DNA of 64,000 nucleotides from assembly GCA_965216465.1 (NCBI GenBank), contig CBDCFW010000004.1:224001-288000 (forward strand), written 5' to 3'. The notes beneath the pieces were generated by a model. That model was given only the letters and a program-made list of their open reading frames with translations, had not been told where the DNA came from and searched no databases. The position numbers were made by a program, and so were the translations under genes. Every line of letters begins with the position of its first letter. Within the stretch, counting starts at the first letter, position 1. Positions 59,327 to 64,000 of the stretch are shown piece after piece. The DNA is from Bacteroidia bacterium. GTDB taxonomy: Bacteria; Bacteroidota; Bacteroidia; NS11-12g; UBA9320.

Positions 59327-59538
59327 AGTTTTAATTAAAGGGTGCAAAAATAAAATTTCTAGTAAAACAGGATGTATATTTTACAAGTATTTAGCCCACA
59401 TTATTCAGATTAATTTCACACAAATTTCTCGATCAAAAGCTAGGCTTTATACTCATCTACAAAAGGGTTGATAAATTATCTAGACAAAGCGTTGATAATC
59501 AGGCAACCATTTAGCTAGTTTTGTGTCTAACTCAATAT

Positions 59539-61254
59539 ATGAAGACCATCGTATCGTTTTTAAGCTTTCTGTTATTCTCGGTTTGTTCAAATGCACAGTT
59601 GGATGTTCGAATTGCGCAAGGTGACATTGAAGTCTGCAATGGCCATTTTGCAGACTTAAGTGCAACTACTGTTTCGGGAACTCCTACCTCGTATACATGG
59701 AGCTGCGATAAGGCAACTTTTTCTAGCACTACCAAAAAAAATACTCGGGCTATTTTTTCAACTATCAGTAACACATATGTGACTTATCTCTATCTCGAGG
59801 CTCAAAATGCAACCGAAACATCACTTGACTCCGTTAAAGTGACAATTAAGGCTTTGCCAAGCATTCTCTTATCGGAAGAAACGTGGTGCGACAATGCAGG
59901 AAATATTGATTTGAAAGAAGAAATTGTACTTTCTCCTGCGGTTTACCTGGGCACACCTTCGTGGGACTGCATCGACTGCAACGGGAACAATTTCGATTCA
60001 ATGCTTATCGACGAAGGTGTAGCAGGAATAACCGATTATAAACTGAGAGTTGGCCCTGATCACTACAGCTTCAAAAACTTGCTTAAAGACACAATCTACC
60101 TTGAATTTAAGTATGTTAATGAAAGAAGCTGTACCAATTACGACACTGTGCCTCTTGAAATTGTAAGGACACCTAAATTGACTTTAGATAATACTAACGA
60201 CCTATGTTGGAATGATGGAGAAATTGACCTAAATGATTGGTCTGGAGTGAATTACAAAGGAGGAACATGGTCGTGTGTTGATGAATCGGGGTATGCTTCG
60301 TGCAGCGAGCTCGGTGGATTTGTGGACGACACAATAAATACAATGAATAGCAGGCCAAATGGAGGCGTTTATTTATTACGGTACATCCACACAAGTTCTG
60401 GCTGTCAAGTATCGTTTGACACACCAATTAAAATTAATCCTACTCCAGCGGTTAATATTGATGCACTGAAGCGCAACCCGCCTCATTATTGTGAAGATAT
60501 AAACGCCATCCCATTGGATGCATCTCCGGTAGGAGGAGCATGGACAGCTAGTGAACCCACAGCCCTGGTAAATGGAAATCGCTTCAGCCCTAGTTCAGCT
60601 GGAGTTGTTAATGAAAGAATATATTTTTATTATTCTTATACCAACCCCGTAACTGGTTGCATAGGTGTGGATTCTGTTTGGGCGATTGTTGAGCCTTTTC
60701 CTCAATTAGAGGTGCCTAATGATACCAACTTCTTTAGGCATTATAACCAAAGCCAAGTACAGTTGAATTTTGATATTGAAGCCCAGTATCATGGAGGATT
60801 AGACTACTATAAAACAAATGTGTTCGCTAATAGCGATAAGTATGAGTTTTCGTCGTCAAGTGATTCATCTGTAACTGTTGATCTAAACTTTACGAAGGAT
60901 ACAATTGAAATTTTTAGGGTGATTGTACTTGCAACGTCGACAGGGTCTTGTTCTGACGTTGATAATCACTTTGACATCATCGCATACCCTCCTCATCCTG
61001 TAAGTGTCGAACCAATTCTAATTGCAGACGCTGCAGAAATTTATCCAAATCCCAACAATGGTGCCTTTAAATTAGGCAAGCTCAATCCAAATGATTATAC
61101 CGTCACGGTAGTTAGCAAGCATGGTCAGATACTCGATGAATTGGAAGCAGACGAGTTCAATACCTATCATTGGAATGAAAAAGGACTCTTTGTTTTATGG
61201 ATTCAATCAAAAGAAGGCGATGCGTCCTTTACCCTGCGGATGTTAGTGCTGTAA
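59539..61254 (+). CDS. Cys-rich secreted protein with Ig-like repeats and a T9SS-type CTD
   Basis: Signal peptide from ATG 59539; C...IDL...GG.W and Y.Y....GC repeats; IYPNPNNG CTD start; -7 box TAGTTTTG at 59516-59523. Confidence 0.72.
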   Translation: MKTIVSFLSFLLFSVCSNAQLDVRIAQGDIEVCNGHFADLSATTVSGTPTSYTWSCDKATFSSTTKKNTRAIFSTISNTYVTYLYLEAQNATETSLDSVKVTIKALPSILLSEETWCDNAGNIDLKEEIVLSPAVYLGTPSWDCIDCNGNNFDSMLIDEGVAGITDYKLRVGPDHYSFKNLLKDTIYLEFKYVNERSCTNYDTVPLEIVRTPKLTLDNTNDLCWNDGEIDLNDWSGVNYKGGTWSCVDESGYASCSELGGFVDDTINTMNSRPNGGVYLLRYIHTSSGCQVSFDTPIKINPTPAVNIDALKRNPPHYCEDINAIPLDASPVGGAWTASEPTALVNGNRFSPSSAGVVNERIYFYYSYTNPVTGCIGVDSVWAIVEPFPQLEVPNDTNFFRHYNQSQVQLNFDIEAQYHGGLDYYKTNVFANSDKYEFSSSSDSSVTVDLNFTKDTIEIFRVIVLATSTGSCSDVDNHFDIIAYPPHPVSVEPILIADAAEIYPNPNNGAFKLGKLNPNDYTVTVVSKHGQILDELEADEFNTYHWNEKGLFVLWIQSKEGDASFTLRMLVL

Positions 61255-61308
61255 TGCTTTGAAAAAATAGCTCTGCAAAATGGCTAAAAAAATTACTTTT
61301 GCACCCCA

Positions 61309-63102
61309 ATGGAGCACATCCGGAATTTTTGCATAATTGCCCATATCGACCACGGTAAATCTACCTTGGCAGATAGACTGTTGCACACCACAGGAACGAT
61401 TAGTGATCGAGACCTGAAAGAGCAAACTTTAGACGATATGGATTTGGAACGCGAGCGTGGTATTACCATTAAATCACATGCTATCCAAATGAACTACAAA
61501 CATGAAGGTACGGATTATGTGCTTAACCTCATTGATACTCCTGGTCACGTTGACTTTAGTTATGAAGTGAGTCGATCAATTGCTGCATGTGAAGGGGCAT
61601 TGCTCATTGTTGATGCTGCACAAGGTATTCAAGCTCAGACTATTAGTAATCTGTATCTGGCACTAGAGAACGACTTAGAAATTATTCCGATCCTAAATAA
61701 AATGGACCTTCCGGGTGCTATGCCTGAAGAGGTTAAAGATCAGATTGAAGAGTTAATTCTGTGCGAACGAGATGATATTATTCCAGCAAGTGGTAAAACC
61801 GGTTTAGGGGTTGATAAGATTTTAGAAGCGATTGTAAATCGTGTTCCTGCTCCTAAAGGTGATCCCAAGGCACCACTAAAAGCATTGATCTTTGATTCTG
61901 TTTTTAATCCTTTTAGAGGAATTATCGCATATTTCAGAGTTTTAGATGGAGAAATTAACAAAGGAGATCACGTAAAATTCATCAACACAAAAAAAGACTA
62001 TTACGCTGACGAAATTGGGGTTTTACGACTTAATCAAGAACCTCGAACTTCCATTAAAACGGGAGATGTTGGGTACATCATATCTGGAATTAAAGATGCT
62101 AAAGAAGTTAAGGTTGGTGACACCATTACCTTACTAAAAGAACCTACTGCAGAAGCAATTCAAGGTTTTGAAGATGTTAAACCAATGGTTTTTGCAGGGA
62201 TATATCCTGTTGATACTGAAGATTTCGAAGAGTTAAGAGACTCTATGGGTAAGCTTCAATTGAATGATGCCAGTTTAGTTTTCGAACCAGAATCTTCCGC
62301 TGCACTTGGATTTGGATTCCGTTGCGGATTCTTAGGAATGTTGCATATGGAGATTATTCAAGAGCGATTGGAACGTGAGTTTGGGATGACAGTAATCACC
62401 ACCGTTCCAAACGTTAGTTATCACGCCTTTTTGAAAAAGGAAACGGATATGATTGTGGTAAATAATCCAAGTGATCTTCCTGAGCCAAACTATACCGATA
62501 GAGTAGAGGAGCCTTATATCAATGCTCAAGTCATTACTTCAGCAGATTACGTTGGGGCAATTATGACGCTGTGTATTGAAAAAAGAGGAATCTTAAAGAA
62601 TCAAGTATATCTGACCAGTAATAGGGTAGAGCTAACCTTTGAAATGCCTATGGCTGAAGTTGTTTTTGACTTTTATGATAAGTTGAAAACGGTTTCGAGA
62701 GGTTATGCCAGTTTCGATTATCACCCGATTGGCTATCGTCCGTCAACATTGGTGAAGTTAGATATTCTGCTTAATGGTAAAGTTGTAGATGCATTATCAG
62801 CTGTTATTCACCGCGATAAGGCGTATGAATATGGAAAGAAGATTTGCGAAAAGCTTAAGGATTTGATTCCTCGTCACCAATTTGAGATTCCGATTCAAGC
62901 AGCTATTGGAGCGAAGATTATATCACGCGAAAACATCAGAGCACTTAGAAAAGATGTAACTGCTAAATGTTATGGAGGTGATATTTCACGTAAGCGTAAA
63001 CTCCTCGAGAAGCAGAAAAAAGGAAAGAAGCGTATGCGTCAAGTGGGAAATGTTGAAATCCCTCAAAGTGCGTTTATGGCTGTTCTGAAAATTAACGACT
63101 AG
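61309..63102 (+). CDS. lepA: Translation elongation factor 4
   Basis: [60 protein letters not shown]. Confidence 0.98.
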   Translation: MEHIRNFCIIAHIDHGKSTLADRLLHTTGTISDRDLKEQTLDDMDLERERGITIKSHAIQMNYKHEGTDYVLNLIDTPGHVDFSYEVSRSIAACEGALLIVDAAQGIQAQTISNLYLALENDLEIIPILNKMDLPGAMPEEVKDQIEELILCERDDIIPASGKTGLGVDKILEAIVNRVPAPKGDPKAPLKALIFDSVFNPFRGIIAYFRVLDGEINKGDHVKFINTKKDYYADEIGVLRLNQEPRTSIKTGDVGYIISGIKDAKEVKVGDTITLLKEPTAEAIQGFEDVKPMVFAGIYPVDTEDFEELRDSMGKLQLNDASLVFEPESSAALGFGFRCGFLGMLHMEIIQERLEREFGMTVITTVPNVSYHAFLKKETDMIVVNNPSDLPEPNYTDRVEEPYINAQVITSADYVGAIMTLCIEKRGILKNQVYLTSNRVELTFEMPMAEVVFDFYDKLKTVSRGYASFDYHPIGYRPSTLVKLDILLNGKVVDALSAVIHRDKAYEYGKKICEKLKDLIPRHQFEIPIQAAIGAKIISRENIRALRKDVTAKCYGGDISRKRKLLEKQKKGKKRMRQVGNVEIPQSAFMAVLKIND

Positions 63103-63998
63103 TTTCTAAATTTAGGGATGTGAATTATAAATGTAGATCCCTCTCCGTAAACCGATTCTAAGAACATTTTACCCTTGTTCACACTGAGGTATTCTTTTGA
63201 TAATTTAAGGCCAATTCCAACCCCAAATTTGGTGTCATCTTTGGTATAGATTTCATCGCCTAAAATTTTGTCAAACTCGCTCTTTTCAATTCCTACGCCA
63301 AAATCCTGAACACTAATTACAATAGTCTCGTCTTGGGCAAAAGCACGAACGACTATTTTTTCGCCATAATCGCTGAACTTAACTGCATTGCTGATTATAT
63401 TTCGGATGATAATTTCAAGTTGAGATTGGTCAACAAAAGCTATTAGATCTGAGCCGACAGACTCAGTATCGATGAGCAAATTGCTGTCACTAGCTCGAGT
63501 AGAAACATAGGAAACGGCTTTTAATACAACTTCTTTAACATCAACGGCTTCCCTATTCGCATTTGCCCCTTTAATTTGATTGATAGACCATTTAAGGATG
63601 GAATCAACGTTTCCGCGTAAGTCATCCAATCGATCGTTAATGCTTTTAATAATTTCACTGCGGTCTTCATACGATAGTGCATCCATTTTCATGAGCTCTA
63701 AGATGTTTTCTACATCAGCCAATGGAGATCGAATATCGTGAGTCAGAGTCGTAATAATCTTGTCTTTGTGCTTATTTGAAGTAGCTAGTTTTTCGTTCAG
63801 CACTACACGTTTCTTGTTACCCGTTACCAGAACATAGATGAAGAGTCCGCCAAGTACAAGAGCTAAAATCAACTTTATTATCGTATGGTTGGTTTTATTA
63901 AGCTCAATTTGACTACGAAGCATTTCGCTTTCCAGTTGTTGCATCTTGGCTTCAGATTGCTCTATTTCATTAATAAGGTGAGCGAATTTTATCTTCTC
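63099..63998 (-). CDS. Sensor histidine kinase (5' part outside the window)
   Basis: TM helix, THDIRSPL (H-box), NIISNAVKF (N-box), DFGVGI, GVGIGL, GEGSTF; frame stays open from 63944 to the window edge. Confidence 0.9.
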   Translation of the reverse strand, partial: EKIKFAHLINEIEQSEAKMQQLESEMLRSQIELNKTNHTIIKLILALVLGGLFIYVLVTGNKKRVVLNEKLATSNKHKDKIITTLTHDIRSPLADVENILELMKMDALSYEDRSEIIKSINDRLDDLRGNVDSILKWSINQIKGANANREAVDVKEVVLKAVSYVSTRASDSNLLIDTESVGSDLIAFVDQSQLEIIIRNIISNAVKFSDYGEKIVVRAFAQDETIVISVQDFGVGIEKSEFDKILGDEIYTKDDTKFGVGIGLKLSKEYLSVNKGKMFLESVYGEGSTFIIHIPKFRN

Positions 63999-64000
63999 AA

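Overview
AT-rich (roughly 36-38% GC by eye) chromosomal window from a free-living, gliding Bacteroidota bacterium. Support: T9SS genes porU/porV/porP, gldJ, three T9SS cargo proteins, TAnnTTTG sigmaA promoter boxes, and no obvious Shine-Dalgarno sequences. Most of it is core genome: holA, tRNA-Leu(TAG), tig-clpP-clpX, a wzx/wzz/waaL-like cluster, dapF, degP, mreBCD-mrdA-rodA, brxA, ahcY, icmF, hppA, two L,D-transpeptidases, lepA, and two ECF sigma/anti-sigma cassettes. I found no transposase, integrase, prophage or CRISPR array. The stand-out element is the ORF-poor 926-bp gap at 36271-37196. It holds two diverged tandem copies (offset about 411 bp) of a complete non-coding transcription unit. 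Each copy has phased palindromic upstream sites, an IHF-like site, a sigma54 -24/-12 promoter, a ~185-nt RNA and its own intrinsic terminator. The RNAs share a covarying GAAA-tetraloop hairpin, an identical 41-nt core that is G-free over its 3' 32 nt, and an identical 20-nt block. This looks like a multi-copy sigma54/bEBP-controlled small-RNA (possible protein-sponge) system; whether it is already described must be checked by search. A second sRNA candidate lies at about 13366-13479.
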